DNA of 64,000 bases, from positions 186,001 through 250,000 of the IMG/VR virus record IMGVR_UViG_3300030419_008158; one strand, written 5' to 3'. Positions 45,895-55,591 of the stretch are shown one piece after another. The notes under the pieces were generated by a model. That model ran no database searches. It saw nothing but the letters and a program-made list of their open reading frames with translations, and was not told the origin of the DNA. Each line of letters starts with the position of its first letter. Positions within the stretch are counted from its first letter, which is position 1. Position numbers and translations under genes: made by a program.

Positions 45895-46258
45895 TGGTGG
45901 AGGTGCCGGGAGTCGAACCCGGGTCCAGCATGTCTCCTTCAGCAGGTCATTCACAAGTTTGTCTGATTTATTTCCAAACCAGCAAGGTATCTCGAAAACA
46001 CCGCGTCCCTATCGAGAATCAGGATCTCACCTGCTTGCGCCGGGAACCATTGTGGATCTTTTTTTACTCCGTGAGATCAACCACTTATCCGATCTTTGTT
46101 AACAAGGTTACCGGAAACCCCGCGACTAAGCAGCTAGTGCGTAATCGTACTCAACATTATCGTTGGCAATTAAAGTTCGTAACACTGTCACGCCATGTGT
46201 TACAGTTGGCTACTTGCACCTGAAAAATTCAACACCCTGTCGAAACCATTTCACCCCC
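45895..46258 (-). ncRNA. ssrA: tmRNA, tag (A)ANDNVEYDYALAA
   Basis: 5' GGGGGTG..GGTTTCGAC; 3' T-arm and CACCTCC-ACCA with G3.U pair; tag ORF 46126..46167. Confidence 0.93.
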
Positions 46259-46271
46259 ATAACTTTTTTCT

Positions 46272-46739
46272 CTACTCAATTGTTAGTGTCCCTACACCCG
46301 TATAGACAACGACTCCTAGACCGGCGACTGTATGGGGCTCAGCTTCAACTGCCTTTTTTAGGAGCCCAAGCGTTGTAGGAAATCCAAACTTTACGCGATA
46401 AAATCCACGCTTGTAATCATACTGTTCAAGTGTTCCATCCACAAAATCAAAGTCCCACATATTGTCGCGAACTACTCCGGCGACATAATTCTCAAAATCA
46501 TAATCTCCTCGATTATAATCATCAAGTAAGCCAGATTCTCGCAAAACCTGAATTATCAAATTATCCTTGAACACAGGGGACGTGACGAGCTGTGCAAAGC
46601 TTTGAAATATTCCTGTGTCTTCAAATACACTCTCGTGATAGTTATCGTGACAGTGTATTACGTCACACCCACCATCAAATTTTAGTTCGACGGGTGTCAC
46701 ATCATCAAACTCAAGTGTTAAAACTCTATAATCAGCCAT
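46272..46739 (-). CDS. hypothetical acidic protein
   Basis: AGGAG RBS. Confidence 0.7.
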   Translation of the reverse strand: MADYRVLTLEFDDVTPVELKFDGGCDVIHCHDNYHESVFEDTGIFQSFAQLVTSPVFKDNLIIQVLRESGLLDDYNRGDYDFENYVAGVVRDNMWDFDFVDGTLEQYDYKRGFYRVKFGFPTTLGLLKKAVEAEPHTVAGLGVVVYTGVGTLTIE

Positions 46740-46761
46740 CTTATTCTCCTAGTGTAATTAT

Positions 46762-46849
46762 TGGCGGAAGGAGAGGGATTCGAACCCCCGGTAGCTCTCA
46801 CTACGGCGGTTTTCAAGACCGCTGCCTTCAACCACTCGGCCATCCTTCC
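46762..46849 (-). tRNA. tRNA-Ser(TGA)
   Basis: Cloverleaf with long variable arm, CCA encoded. Confidence 0.93.
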
Positions 46850-46850
46850 T

Positions 46851-47222
46851 CTATTCTTCTTTTCCACCCTTTATAAGGGTGAATTTAGATCTCTTTTCAT
46901 TGACTTTTCTTTCATTGTATTTTGATTTTTGTGTCTCTAGAGATAGACAAAATTCTTTCATCCAGTCCTCTCTTTCAAATGCGTAATGAACAAATTCCAT
47001 CGCAATCATTGATGATATTGTATCATCCATGTGTTCATTTTTCAATGGGGGAATCATAGAAGATAAAGTGCCATCTTTTTCAAAGAAAAGTATAGCTACA
47101 GGCAAATTTTCATGATCGCTGGGATCAATTTCTAAAATTGCACTATGAAGAGCCTTATATAACGGACGGTCTGCTTCTCCATTACTTCCTGTGATGTTAG
47201 ATTTCATTTTTCTTTTCTTCAA
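46851..47222 (-). CDS. hypothetical protein
   Basis: ORF between pckA and tRNA; ends FTLIKGG. Confidence 0.6.
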   Translation of the reverse strand: MKKRKMKSNITGSNGEADRPLYKALHSAILEIDPSDHENLPVAILFFEKDGTLSSMIPPLKNEHMDDTISSMIAMEFVHYAFEREDWMKEFCLSLETQKSKYNERKVNEKRSKFTLIKGGKEE

Positions 47223-48651
47223 AAAGTGTCATTAAGCGGGTACATGCATCTTCATACTGATCAAAAGTCTTCCATCGACGCTCAGGACACAAATACTGAT
47301 CTACCTCGGAGTCAAAGCTGTTCGGTATGGAAAGCCCTGTCAACAAGTGTGTTATAAACCATTTTTTTGTAAGGCGTCCGGACACTATCTCTCTGATTAT
47401 CTTTCGAGAGACGCTTATTGGCATTCTTGTACCCACTCCGTACCCACCTCCTGACCACCCTGTATTGACAAGCCAACAGTCTACGTTGTGATCAAGTATT
47501 TTCTTCTCTAAAAGGTTTGCATATGCATCTACATGCATAGGCATAAAAGGTGCACCAAAGCAGTGCGAAAATGTTGCCTGGGGTTCAACAATTCCGGATT
47601 CAGTTCCTGCAACTTTAGCTGTGTATCCCATCTTAAAGTGCTGAACTGCTTGTTCTCTTGTTAACCTAGAAACCGGAGGAAGCACACCAAATGCATCACA
47701 CGTTAGGAATATCACATTTTCAGGATGAGCACAGACACCTGTTTTAGATGCACCAGTAATTAGAGAAATATCGTATGAAGACCTTGTGTTTTCTGTAATT
47801 TGAGAATCTGAAAAATCTGGAACGCCATCTTTGACAATAACATTTTCTAAAATCGATCCTTCTTGCTGGCACGCATTCCAAATTTGTGGCTCAGCTTCTT
47901 TAGAAAGATTAATCACCTTAGCATAACAACCGCCCTCAAAATTAAAAAGACCATCAGGAGACCAGCCATGCTCGTCGTCGCCGATTAGAAGTCTCTCCTC
48001 ATCAGACGAAAGTGTCGTTTTTCCTGTGCCAGACAAGCCAAAAAATACTGCGGGTCGACTTCCATCTTTTGCTGTGTTGACAGAGCAGTGCATTGGAAGA
48101 ACATTTTTTTGCGGCAACAAATAGTTCAAGACAGTAAACACAGACTTCTTAATTTCACCTGCGTAGTATGTTCCTGTGATGAGTATTTCTTGGCTATCCA
48201 AGTTGATAAGAACCCTAGGATCTTCCTGTGCACCGGGAGCACAGTAAAGAGTCCAGTCACAAGATTCATCTTTGTTTTCTTTGCATACAAACATGTTATT
48301 CGCAAAAAGTGCCTGCCATGAAAGCTCTGTGGTCACCTCTAGTGAAAGAGCATAGTTCGAATCCCACCCAGCTTGCAAAAATTGTGTGGTGACATTTTTA
48401 TCGCTCAAATAACGAAGAATTCTTTCCTTAGTGTCAAGAAAATAAGCCTGTGTCACTCTTTGATTGTTTTCCCAATCAATTAGGGACGCCTTCTCATCGA
48501 GTGGATCGCATACAAAGAACTTAGCAGTTGGGCATCTGCCTGTATACTTTCCCGTAGTTACTACAAGCGCTCCAGTTTTTAATTGAGATGCGCCTTCGTG
48601 GGAAAGTGCCCTCTCAAGAAAAGATTTTTTAGCTCGGATCGAACTTTTCAT
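47197..48651 (-). CDS. pckA: phosphoenolpyruvate carboxykinase (ATP)
   Basis: YAGEIKK, MHCS, GLSGTGKTTLS, LIGDDEHGW, NFEGGCYAK. Confidence 0.95.
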   Translation of the reverse strand: MKSSIRAKKSFLERALSHEGASQLKTGALVVTTGKYTGRCPTAKFFVCDPLDEKASLIDWENNQRVTQAYFLDTKERILRYLSDKNVTTQFLQAGWDSNYALSLEVTTELSWQALFANNMFVCKENKDESCDWTLYCAPGAQEDPRVLINLDSQEILITGTYYAGEIKKSVFTVLNYLLPQKNVLPMHCSVNTAKDGSRPAVFFGLSGTGKTTLSSDEERLLIGDDEHGWSPDGLFNFEGGCYAKVINLSKEAEPQIWNACQQEGSILENVIVKDGVPDFSDSQITENTRSSYDISLITGASKTGVCAHPENVIFLTCDAFGVLPPVSRLTREQAVQHFKMGYTAKVAGTESGIVEPQATFSHCFGAPFMPMHVDAYANLLEKKILDHNVDCWLVNTGWSGGGYGVGTRMPISVSRKIIREIVSGRLTKKWFITHLLTGLSIPNSFDSEVDQYLCPERRWKTFDQYEDACTRLMTLFEEKKNEI

Positions 48652-48737
48652 AAAGAATCATGTCTCCTCTTACATTTCCTACATTGTAATACTCAAAAAT
48701 TTTTCGTAATAAAGGAAATCTTAAGAGGCACACACTT

Positions 48738-49577
48738 TTAGATGCGCAAAGAATCCAGTGTACCGCCTGCCATCCAATTTTTATCGCAGCGACCTTTAAT
48801 GCCAGGGACTTCGCCGTGACTCGTCCACTGCCAGACATCCCAGGAGTTCCATATTTTTGTAGGCTTTCTTTTTGGGTCAACACCCTCGTTGTAACTAGCC
48901 CACCATACAGGATACTCAGCCAGCTCTTTTAGAGATGACTTTGATGCTTTCGCCAAATAAAGATTGACCGCCCATCTTGCTGTATAGATCATGGGCTTTG
49001 ATCCAATTTCAGACTCAACATATTCAAGCCACGCTAAACTCCAGTCAACGTTATGCTGATCGTCTGTTTTCATTCCTGCTTCGACATCTAAGACAGGAAT
49101 TAGATCTCCTGGCTGCAAAAGAGGTTCAAGCTTAGATAAAAAATGTTGTGCTTCTGCAATTGCATCTTTTCGAATACCGCTATCAATGCCCGTGTCAGGC
49201 CGTCCAAAATGATAGCCACCGACTGCGATATCATTGCTATGACACCCATCAATATTTCTTTTATGTGGCTTGTTTGTGTGGGTTCTTCCTTCAGTCACTT
49301 TAACCCATGCATACTCAACGCCTGCAGCCTTTACTCCTGCCCAGTCAATTTTTCCATTCCACGCTGATACATCAATTCCCATCAGAACAGGAATTCCCAT
49401 TTTTCCTAATGTTTTTGGGCCTGCTATACCATCGACGGCCAAAGAATTGTATGTTTGATACAGCTTTACAGCTGCTTCTGTTTTAGGGCCAAAATCACCA
49501 TCAGGTGTGATTGATAATGAACGCTGAAGACGTTGGATCTCTTGACCTTTGTCTCCCTTACGCATTACATAAGACAT
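48738..49577 (-). CDS. endolysin: peptidoglycan-binding domain plus GH25 muramidase
   Basis: DGDFGPKT/DGIAGPKT; GIDVS, KVTEG, LDVE, WQWT; GGAGG RBS at MSYVMR. Confidence 0.88.
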   Translation of the reverse strand: MSYVMRKGDKGQEIQRLQRSLSITPDGDFGPKTEAAVKLYQTYNSLAVDGIAGPKTLGKMGIPVLMGIDVSAWNGKIDWAGVKAAGVEYAWVKVTEGRTHTNKPHKRNIDGCHSNDIAVGGYHFGRPDTGIDSGIRKDAIAEAQHFLSKLEPLLQPGDLIPVLDVEAGMKTDDQHNVDWSLAWLEYVESEIGSKPMIYTARWAVNLYLAKASKSSLKELAEYPVWWASYNEGVDPKRKPTKIWNSWDVWQWTSHGEVPGIKGRCDKNWMAGGTLDSLRI

Positions 49578-49684
49578 TATTACCTCCGTGTCTAATCTGC
49601 ACGGAACAGAGCATCCAAAGCATCCCGGGCAAAATCCCCGCTTTTCTCTCTGTTCACTTACAACAGAAATATCATGCACAAAAA

Positions 49685-49691
49685 TAAGTAT
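49685..49691 (-). promoter_or_regulatory. ATAYTTA motif (putative late promoter)
   Basis: ATACTTA upstream of endolysin. Confidence 0.5.
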
Positions 49692-49699
49692 CTTATGCC

Positions 49700-50431
49700 C
49701 TAGGTCAGCTTCTTTATCCTGTCTAGAGATTTTCTATGATAATTCTTGTCAAATTCACACCCTACAAATTTCCTTCCATTTCTAAGAGCAGCAACTGCTG
49801 TGCTACCTGATCCTGAAAAGAAATCTAGAACTGTGTCACCGGGTGAAGTATTGGCTAAAACAATTCTCTCGAGAAGCTCAATAGGCTTTTGTGTGGAGTG
49901 CCAACCAGCATACTCCTTTGATGTGGTGTGATTATTTTTATACCAAACATCAGTAGGAATTTTTCCTAAAGGATTGTTTTGTGCGCCCTTTCGAACATTT
50001 GATTTCATCTTGTAGGGTATGCGCACTTCGTCTGCATTGAAGGGAAATTCCTTACCCTTAGAGTACATCAATAAATCTTCATGCTTTCTTGGAAATGTCT
50101 TTTTTGTTCGACCACCCCAGTCATAAGACCATATAATCCAATTCTGGTAAAAGAGATCATCTTGATTGTTAAGGACGTCTAGTTTGAGACGTAAAAATGT
50201 ATCAGATTTAGTTGTGCCCCACACGTAAAGACATCGCCCTGGTGCGAGAACACGAGCCGCTTCTTTGACCCATTTCTCGCACCAAGACAAATAATGCTTT
50301 TCAGACATCCACTGGTTGTCCCAGTAGTCTTTTATCGTACGATAATACGGTGGATCTGCGATAATAAGATCGACAGAATCATCTGGTAACGATGATAAAA
50401 AATTAAGACAGTCAGTGCAGTCTAATCGCAT
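49700..50431 (-). CDS. orphan beta-class N6A/N4C DNA methyltransferase
   Basis: DPPY precedes HSTQKP and DFFSGSGST. Confidence 0.9.
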   Translation of the reverse strand: MRLDCTDCLNFLSSLPDDSVDLIIADPPYYRTIKDYWDNQWMSEKHYLSWCEKWVKEAARVLAPGRCLYVWGTTKSDTFLRLKLDVLNNQDDLFYQNWIIWSYDWGGRTKKTFPRKHEDLLMYSKGKEFPFNADEVRIPYKMKSNVRKGAQNNPLGKIPTDVWYKNNHTTSKEYAGWHSTQKPIELLERIVLANTSPGDTVLDFFSGSGSTAVAALRNGRKFVGCEFDKNYHRKSLDRIKKLT

Positions 50432-50434
50432 ATG

Positions 50435-50641
50435 CTACGCCCTTTTTTGAACAAAATCGTAGAGCTTTTCCGCAACAATCAAAACGTCTTCAGTTGCGTA
50501 TGGATTGACAGGCATTCGCTGTCCTTCTGGCTTTAGACATTCATTGTCAAATTGGCGCGCGTTTCGAGATTCAAGAATCCCAATTGCCATTCCTAGCAAG
50601 TCACTTCTAAGCTCATATCCGCTCTTATTTGAATCACCCAT
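50435..50641 (-). CDS. small hypothetical phage protein
   Basis: SGYELRSDLL...AEKLYDFV; AAGGAGG RBS. Confidence 0.7.
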   Translation of the reverse strand: MGDSNKSGYELRSDLLGMAIGILESRNARQFDNECLKPEGQRMPVNPYATEDVLIVAEKLYDFVQKRA

Positions 50642-50736
50642 TTTTTCCTCCTTGTGTGTGTGTGTTGTAATGGGTTTCACAAAGCACTTTGCTTTGTAAT
50701 TTTACTATAGTAAATCATGCATCGATGTTCACTAAG

Positions 50737-50743
50737 ATATTTA
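50737..50743 (+). promoter_or_regulatory. ATAYTTA motif (putative late promoter)
   Basis: ATATTTA upstream of + strand gene. Confidence 0.55.
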
Positions 50744-50759
50744 TGAACAAGGCTTGCTA

Positions 50760-51332
50760 ATGAAGACACTTGTAATATTTGATTTCGATGACACGCTATT
50801 TCGAAGCGGAGCGATGATAGGGGTTCATCGCCCAGGTAAACCAAAGCGTTATTTGAGCTCTCATGAATACGCGACATATGTGCCTAAAGAGGATGAAGAA
50901 TTTGACTATGAGCAGTTTCATGTATATCCACCAGATCCAGTACCTATTGAAAAATCCACTGAAAAGCTTCAAAGATCTGTGGGTAGTCAGGGCATTAGAA
51001 ACGTAGTGATACTCACAGCTCGAACACACCCAGAACCTGTCGAAGAAGTATTACAAAACTTTGGAATGCCGCCTGTCGAAGTCCTCGCCATAGGATCAGC
51101 TGACCCTGAAAGAAAAGCAGATGAAGTTGAAAGGCTGATCAGTGAAAGAGGATATGAAAGAGTCATTGTGTATGAAGATAGTAGTCCCAATATTGCAGCA
51201 ATAAAAGCTCGTGTAAAGCCCATCCTAGGTGGAAATTTTACTGGTTTTAAAGTAAAAGCAACACCTCGAGGAGATGTCCTGCAAAAAGAATCAAAGGGTT
51301 ACCGTTTCAGGCACATCCGAAACTTCACCTAG
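50760..51332 (+). CDS. HAD-superfamily phosphatase
   Basis: FDFDDTL, ILTAR, K, YEDS. Confidence 0.78.
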   Translation: MKTLVIFDFDDTLFRSGAMIGVHRPGKPKRYLSSHEYATYVPKEDEEFDYEQFHVYPPDPVPIEKSTEKLQRSVGSQGIRNVVILTARTHPEPVEEVLQNFGMPPVEVLAIGSADPERKADEVERLISERGYERVIVYEDSSPNIAAIKARVKPILGGNFTGFKVKATPRGDVLQKESKGYRFRHIRNFT

Positions 51333-51502
51333 GTCTCATTGACCTTTACCTAATACACTCATGTGCTAGCGGGCTGACAAAATCCAAGTTGTCTTCGCCA
51401 TTACCGTCGTGCTCGGACACGTCTTTAGTGCGTTGCGGCACACTAAAGATTCACATAATACTCCGCAAAGCAAACACTGAAAATGATAGACTTTCAGTGA
51501 AT

Positions 51503-51919
51503 TTAATTATCATCCTTGACTCCTGAGCCGTACCATCTTGCATTCCACCCTCGTGTGTCATAGTGTGTAAAAGTTCTATAAAGCCCTATGCCACCCTTGG
51601 CCATTTTGCCCTCCTTTATTAGGCTGACAATGACTTCCTTGACTTCTTTAGGTGTCATTCCCTTTATCTTAATGTCGGCAGCTTTTGCACGCATGTGCTG
51701 ACTTTTTCTTGCGCCGCCTATTCTTCTGTTGTATTTTGGAGAGCGATACCCAGAAATAATTCGAATTGGCTTGCCAATATAATCTCTAAGAACCTGTAGA
51801 TTTTTTGCCAAAAAACATACATTGTCCATTAGCTCTTCTGGTACATTAGTCCCGTCTTTACACTTAAACTCAGATAATAAAAAATTTTTTTCTAATTTCA
51901 TGTGATTAATCATATACAA
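51503..51919 (-). CDS. peptidase M15A family Zn peptidase
   Basis: SGYRS..N..IGGA..SQH...AAD; FTHYD. Confidence 0.88.
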   Translation of the reverse strand: MYMINHMKLEKNFLLSEFKCKDGTNVPEELMDNVCFLAKNLQVLRDYIGKPIRIISGYRSPKYNRRIGGARKSQHMRAKAADIKIKGMTPKEVKEVIVSLIKEGKMAKGGIGLYRTFTHYDTRGWNARWYGSGVKDDN

Positions 51920-51938
51920 AAAACAAGAACTTTACAAT

Positions 51939-52709
51939 TTAGACGCCAGAAACTCTTTTACGTAGCACAGCAATGTGTGTGCCGTTCCACCACTGGAGTG
52001 AAGGAGTTTCGAACGGAGTGGGCCGCTTTCCTGGAATAATTGCTCGTGATGAAACAATGTCAAACCCAAGATCTTCCCATGCACTTCGTGTCCCTCTTCG
52101 AACAGGCTCTTGCTCCCAATCATCAATAACAGCAATAAATGTATCTGCAAACGCAGGATAAAAATGTACGAAAGCATTTCTTTGAGATTCTTCTGAGTGT
52201 TCTCCGTCATAAAAAAATACATCTATTTTTGGAAGCTTTCTGACATCAAACTGAAAACAGTCTTCTTCGTAAAATTGAATATCTGCATTTGGTAAAAATC
52301 TTTCTATGTTCTGCAAAAAACTGGCCCTAGGGTTGGTCGACTCCGAAAACTCGCTAAAATTATCAATTGCGTGAACAGAAGAAAGTGTGCCTTCGTTTCC
52401 TAAGACAGCTGACACCAAAGTAGACCCCATATAAGTACCCACTTCCAAGTAATTTGCACTTGGAAGACTGCAAATATTATTCATCATATGACGAAATTGG
52501 TAGCCTGAAAATCCTATCAGCTTATTGGGTGTGTCGATATGTGCCTCCACTACTGAATCGTATGCAAGACTCTTGGGCAACTTAGAGTCATTGGCACACG
52601 CTTGCTGAATACTCTTATCAACATGAGCTGTTAAAGTAACGTCTCTATTGTTATAATCTGCCATCGAGGCGAATTCATTTTCAAAAAGATTTGGGCTGTC
52701 TAGTATCAT
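51939..52709 (-). CDS. class I SAM-dependent methyltransferase (Methyltransf_24-like)
   Basis: YLEVGTYMGS, FYDGEH, IDD. Confidence 0.78.
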   Translation of the reverse strand: MILDSPNLFENEFASMADYNNRDVTLTAHVDKSIQQACANDSKLPKSLAYDSVVEAHIDTPNKLIGFSGYQFRHMMNNICSLPSANYLEVGTYMGSTLVSAVLGNEGTLSSVHAIDNFSEFSESTNPRASFLQNIERFLPNADIQFYEEDCFQFDVRKLPKIDVFFYDGEHSEESQRNAFVHFYPAFADTFIAVIDDWEQEPVRRGTRSAWEDLGFDIVSSRAIIPGKRPTPFETPSLQWWNGTHIAVLRKRVSGV

Positions 52710-52741
52710 TTTGTCTATTTTCCTGTCATTAAAACTTAGTT

Positions 52742-52817
52742 TGGAGCCACTGAGAGGACTCGAACCTCCGACCTGCTGATTACAAATCAGCTGCTCTACC
52801 AGCTGAGCTACAGTGGC
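52742..52817 (-). tRNA. tRNA-Thr(TGT)
   Basis: 76-nt cloverleaf, CCA encoded. Confidence 0.95.
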
Positions 52818-52916
52818 ACTTTCACATTACATCGTCTCCCAAAAAATGTGTCATAGTAAAATATGAGGTCACTACACACACGGCAAAAAATGCTGCTGTA
52901 AACTTTAAAGTTGTCT

Positions 52917-53735
52917 TTAGCATATGTCCCTTTTTATTTTTGGAATTATTTCGTGATGAATTATGTCAATTGTCGCTTCAGGGCATGAAGTTTGATATGC
53001 TCTGTCAAATTTTTTCAAAGCATCATAAATTTTTTTGTCATTTCCGGAACCTGTACACTTATCCCCTACAAACCAACACTTTTTCCCTTCAAAGTATTTT
53101 AAAGCATAGGTTTTATCCCAGCCGCTAGGGTAGATATCAATTGATGTTTGCCCGCCCAGAGCACATGTTACATCTATTTTTTCTTTCTCACAAAATTCTC
53201 TAACCAGTTCTATGAATTGGTCTCTTATGTTTGCTGACTTGTCCAGATCTAAAAAAATACTTCGCTCTTTGTCGCCTGAATTTCTTCCGATGGGACACCA
53301 GTTTAGCAAAGATTTTCTATAGCTTATAAACTCCCCCGTTAGAGGAACATCATGCTTTGCTAAAAGAGCGAGCTGAAGGTATAGCAGCTGTCTAATAAGA
53401 AGACGATACTTTTTCTTTCCAACTTTTTGAATCATAGACGCTGTCTGTACCTCTATGAAGTCACGCTCGTCGTCACACCACTTGTAAATTTGTGTACCGT
53501 TACAGGGCATTAGAACGATATCATCTAGGCTGTGAATGATCCCTGATTGCCACAAGAAGCTGCATTGCTTGGTTACGTAATCGATACCTGAGCCTGTAAC
53601 TATCGCCACGCTAACATTGCGCAGATCAGTTAAATCTTTTAGCGCGTGTATCATCTCATCTGTGATGGCTTTTCTCACTGGCGTGAGAGTTCCGTCCATA
53701 TCAAACAAAACTGTCTGGCAGCTTTTCATTACCAC
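52917..53735 (-). CDS. HAD-IIB phosphomannomutase, eukaryotic-PMM type
   Basis: FDMDGTL, CPIGR, GGQTSIDIYPSGWDKTYAL, GDK..GSGND. Confidence 0.85.
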   Translation of the reverse strand: MVMKSCQTVLFDMDGTLTPVRKAITDEMIHALKDLTDLRNVSVAIVTGSGIDYVTKQCSFLWQSGIIHSLDDIVLMPCNGTQIYKWCDDERDFIEVQTASMIQKVGKKKYRLLIRQLLYLQLALLAKHDVPLTGEFISYRKSLLNWCPIGRNSGDKERSIFLDLDKSANIRDQFIELVREFCEKEKIDVTCALGGQTSIDIYPSGWDKTYALKYFEGKKCWFVGDKCTGSGNDKKIYDALKKFDRAYQTSCPEATIDIIHHEIIPKIKRDIC

Positions 53736-53950
53736 TCTTCTTCAGACTTGATGGGTGCATTACACATATCAAAAGGATCTATTCGAACAGTTCCAGTGCT
53801 TTGATTGCGCGACAATAATTTTGAAGCACGTTTGACAATATCTTCAAAGACACAAATTCCGGGATCTTTTTCGGTTCCCATAGTATTATAATAATCAATC
53901 AAATCCAAAAGTATGGACCTTGTTTCATCGTTCATTTTTATCCGCCTCAA
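53729..53950 (-). CDS. hypothetical protein
   Basis: ORF in operon. Confidence 0.55.
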   Translation of the reverse strand: MRRIKMNDETRSILLDLIDYYNTMGTEKDPGICVFEDIVKRASKLLSRNQSTGTVRIDPFDMCNAPIKSEEEW

Positions 53951-54118
53951 GGATGAATTGGTGGGGATAATGATAGGTCAGCTATCGCCGAAAATGTCCA
54001 CCATACCGCTAGACCAATTGCAACTCCTAATACTGCGCGAAGAAATAGTCGCACTGCAATCATATGTTTCTCCATCGTATTTGTTAGTATAGCACTTTAA
54101 ACACAAAAATTCATTTGT

Positions 54119-54194
54119 TGGTGAGCCACCTGGGACTTGAACCCAGAACCCACGGATTAAAAGACCGATACTCTTCCTGTTGAGCTAGAGGCCC
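54119..54194 (-). tRNA. tRNA-Lys(TTT), degenerate
   Basis: 76 nt with CCA; U.U mismatches in acceptor and anticodon stems. Confidence 0.7.
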
Positions 54195-54210
54195 CAACAA
54201 ACTTTATCTA

Positions 54211-54217
54211 ATACTTA
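54211..54217 (+). promoter_or_regulatory. ATAYTTA motif (putative late promoter)
   Basis: ATACTTA 5 nt before GTG of + strand gene. Confidence 0.55.
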
Positions 54218-54222
54218 GACAT

Positions 54223-54846
54223 GTGAAAGCATATGTTAAATCACGCTTCTTCATTGTATTCTCTATCTTTATTTTTACAATTGCGGTATCATGTATTGGC
54301 AGTACTTGGTCGCCCAAAAAATCTTCTGTAAGACAAAATTCACAGCTAGGCGAATGTGATCCATGGAAATCAGGTCCACAAATGATAAAGCTTCCTGTGT
54401 TTTCAAATGCATGGCAAATAGTCAGTGAATGTGATCGACACGAAAGAGAAGCAGTCACTATTGCAATGATTTTTTTCTACAAAGAATGGCAACACACATT
54501 TGGCGACTCTTCAAATAGCGTGTGGATGGCACTCAACACGCTTCTAATAGAGTGGTCTCAGCTGGACAAAAGAGCAACAGCACACGACATGTCAGGAAAA
54601 CTTAGATATGAGGCAGCACTTGCAGGAGCTGCTCTCACTTCTGGTATGATTTGGGTTAGGCCTGGTCATAATGTTCCTGTATGTGAAACTGCATTTGTCC
54701 ACGAACTAGTGCATATAGCAATTTGGAGTCAAAAAGGAACAGATGGTGACCCAGATCACTTGGGAGACAAGTATACTGGGTGGTCCGTTGATCACGCTGC
54801 GCTCATACAAAGAGTCAACGACCAGCTTTGCTCTTTGAGCATATAG
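54223..54846 (+). CDS. exported/lipoprotein with zincin-like HExxH motif
   Basis: Hydrophobic signal ending AVSC; HELVH. Confidence 0.65.
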   Translation: MKAYVKSRFFIVFSIFIFTIAVSCIGSTWSPKKSSVRQNSQLGECDPWKSGPQMIKLPVFSNAWQIVSECDRHEREAVTIAMIFFYKEWQHTFGDSSNSVWMALNTLLIEWSQLDKRATAHDMSGKLRYEAALAGAALTSGMIWVRPGHNVPVCETAFVHELVHIAIWSQKGTDGDPDHLGDKYTGWSVDHAALIQRVNDQLCSLSI

Positions 54847-54850
54847 AAGT

Positions 54851-55591
54851 CTATTTTTTGCTTTTGAAGACCTGATCGCAAAGCTGTGTCGTACTGGGTG
54901 TCCCTACATCAAATTCGCAGTACTTCATTCCATATGGCCTACCAACATTTTCGACCAGTCTGTGTACGTGAATTATCCCATGCATAAAATGTTTTTCTAC
55001 ATTGGCAAGGTCATCATAAAATTGTAGCTGACTTGTTGGTGTTATAAAGAACCAATCAGAACAGTGCCTATCTGCACCCGCAACATAACCATTTTGATTC
55101 AAAACTACAGATGTTTGGAGATTATTGAGATCAAGCTTTGACTTAAAAACTAAGTCTGTTCGCATACGAACAAAATACTCATAGTCGCTAGGATTTTCAA
55201 CCATTCTAGCACAATCTGCAATGCCCTGGTATTGTGACTTGACTCGGTAATAGATATCTCTCGACTTCTCTAGAGTTATAGGCATATCTCGCTCTATAGA
55301 AAGCTTGTTATAGTTTGAAACATCAAACACAAGCGGATCATTTACTTCTAGTTTGACCAAGTTACAGGGCTTGTAAAGCTCAACAAAATCTTCTAGCTCA
55401 TTTGTTTCAAATGTATCATTGTACTCATGGTGAACTTGTGTGTTTTTCCAGTCTTTGTCCCACTGTAAGTTAGCATAAATGTCATAACTTCCTAAACCAT
55501 CTAAGAAGTTTTCTTTTATATTGTCAAACACTCTTCTGACAAATCTGGGATAACCCGAAAAACAAACGGCAAATTTTTTCTTCATTCCCAC
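54851..55591 (-). CDS. putative glycosyltransferase-like protein
   Basis: AVCFSGYPR, Y..VRMRTDL, SDWF pattern; sugar-cluster context. Confidence 0.5.
   Translation of the reverse strand: MGMKKKFAVCFSGYPRFVRRVFDNIKENFLDGLGSYDIYANLQWDKDWKNTQVHHEYNDTFETNELEDFVELYKPCNLVKLEVNDPLVFDVSNYNKLSIERDMPITLEKSRDIYYRVKSQYQGIADCARMVENPSDYEYFVRMRTDLVFKSKLDLNNLQTSVVLNQNGYVAGADRHCSDWFFITPTSQLQFYDDLANVEKHFMHGIIHVHRLVENVGRPYGMKYCEFDVGTPSTTQLCDQVFKSKK

Noticed and set aside
49700-50431. Restriction-modification system
   Set aside because: No adjacent endonuclease; treated as an orphan methyltransferase
51340-51502. Possible ncRNA with two hairpins between convergent genes
   Set aside because: Adequately explained as terminator hairpins for the convergent transcripts; no recognisable family features
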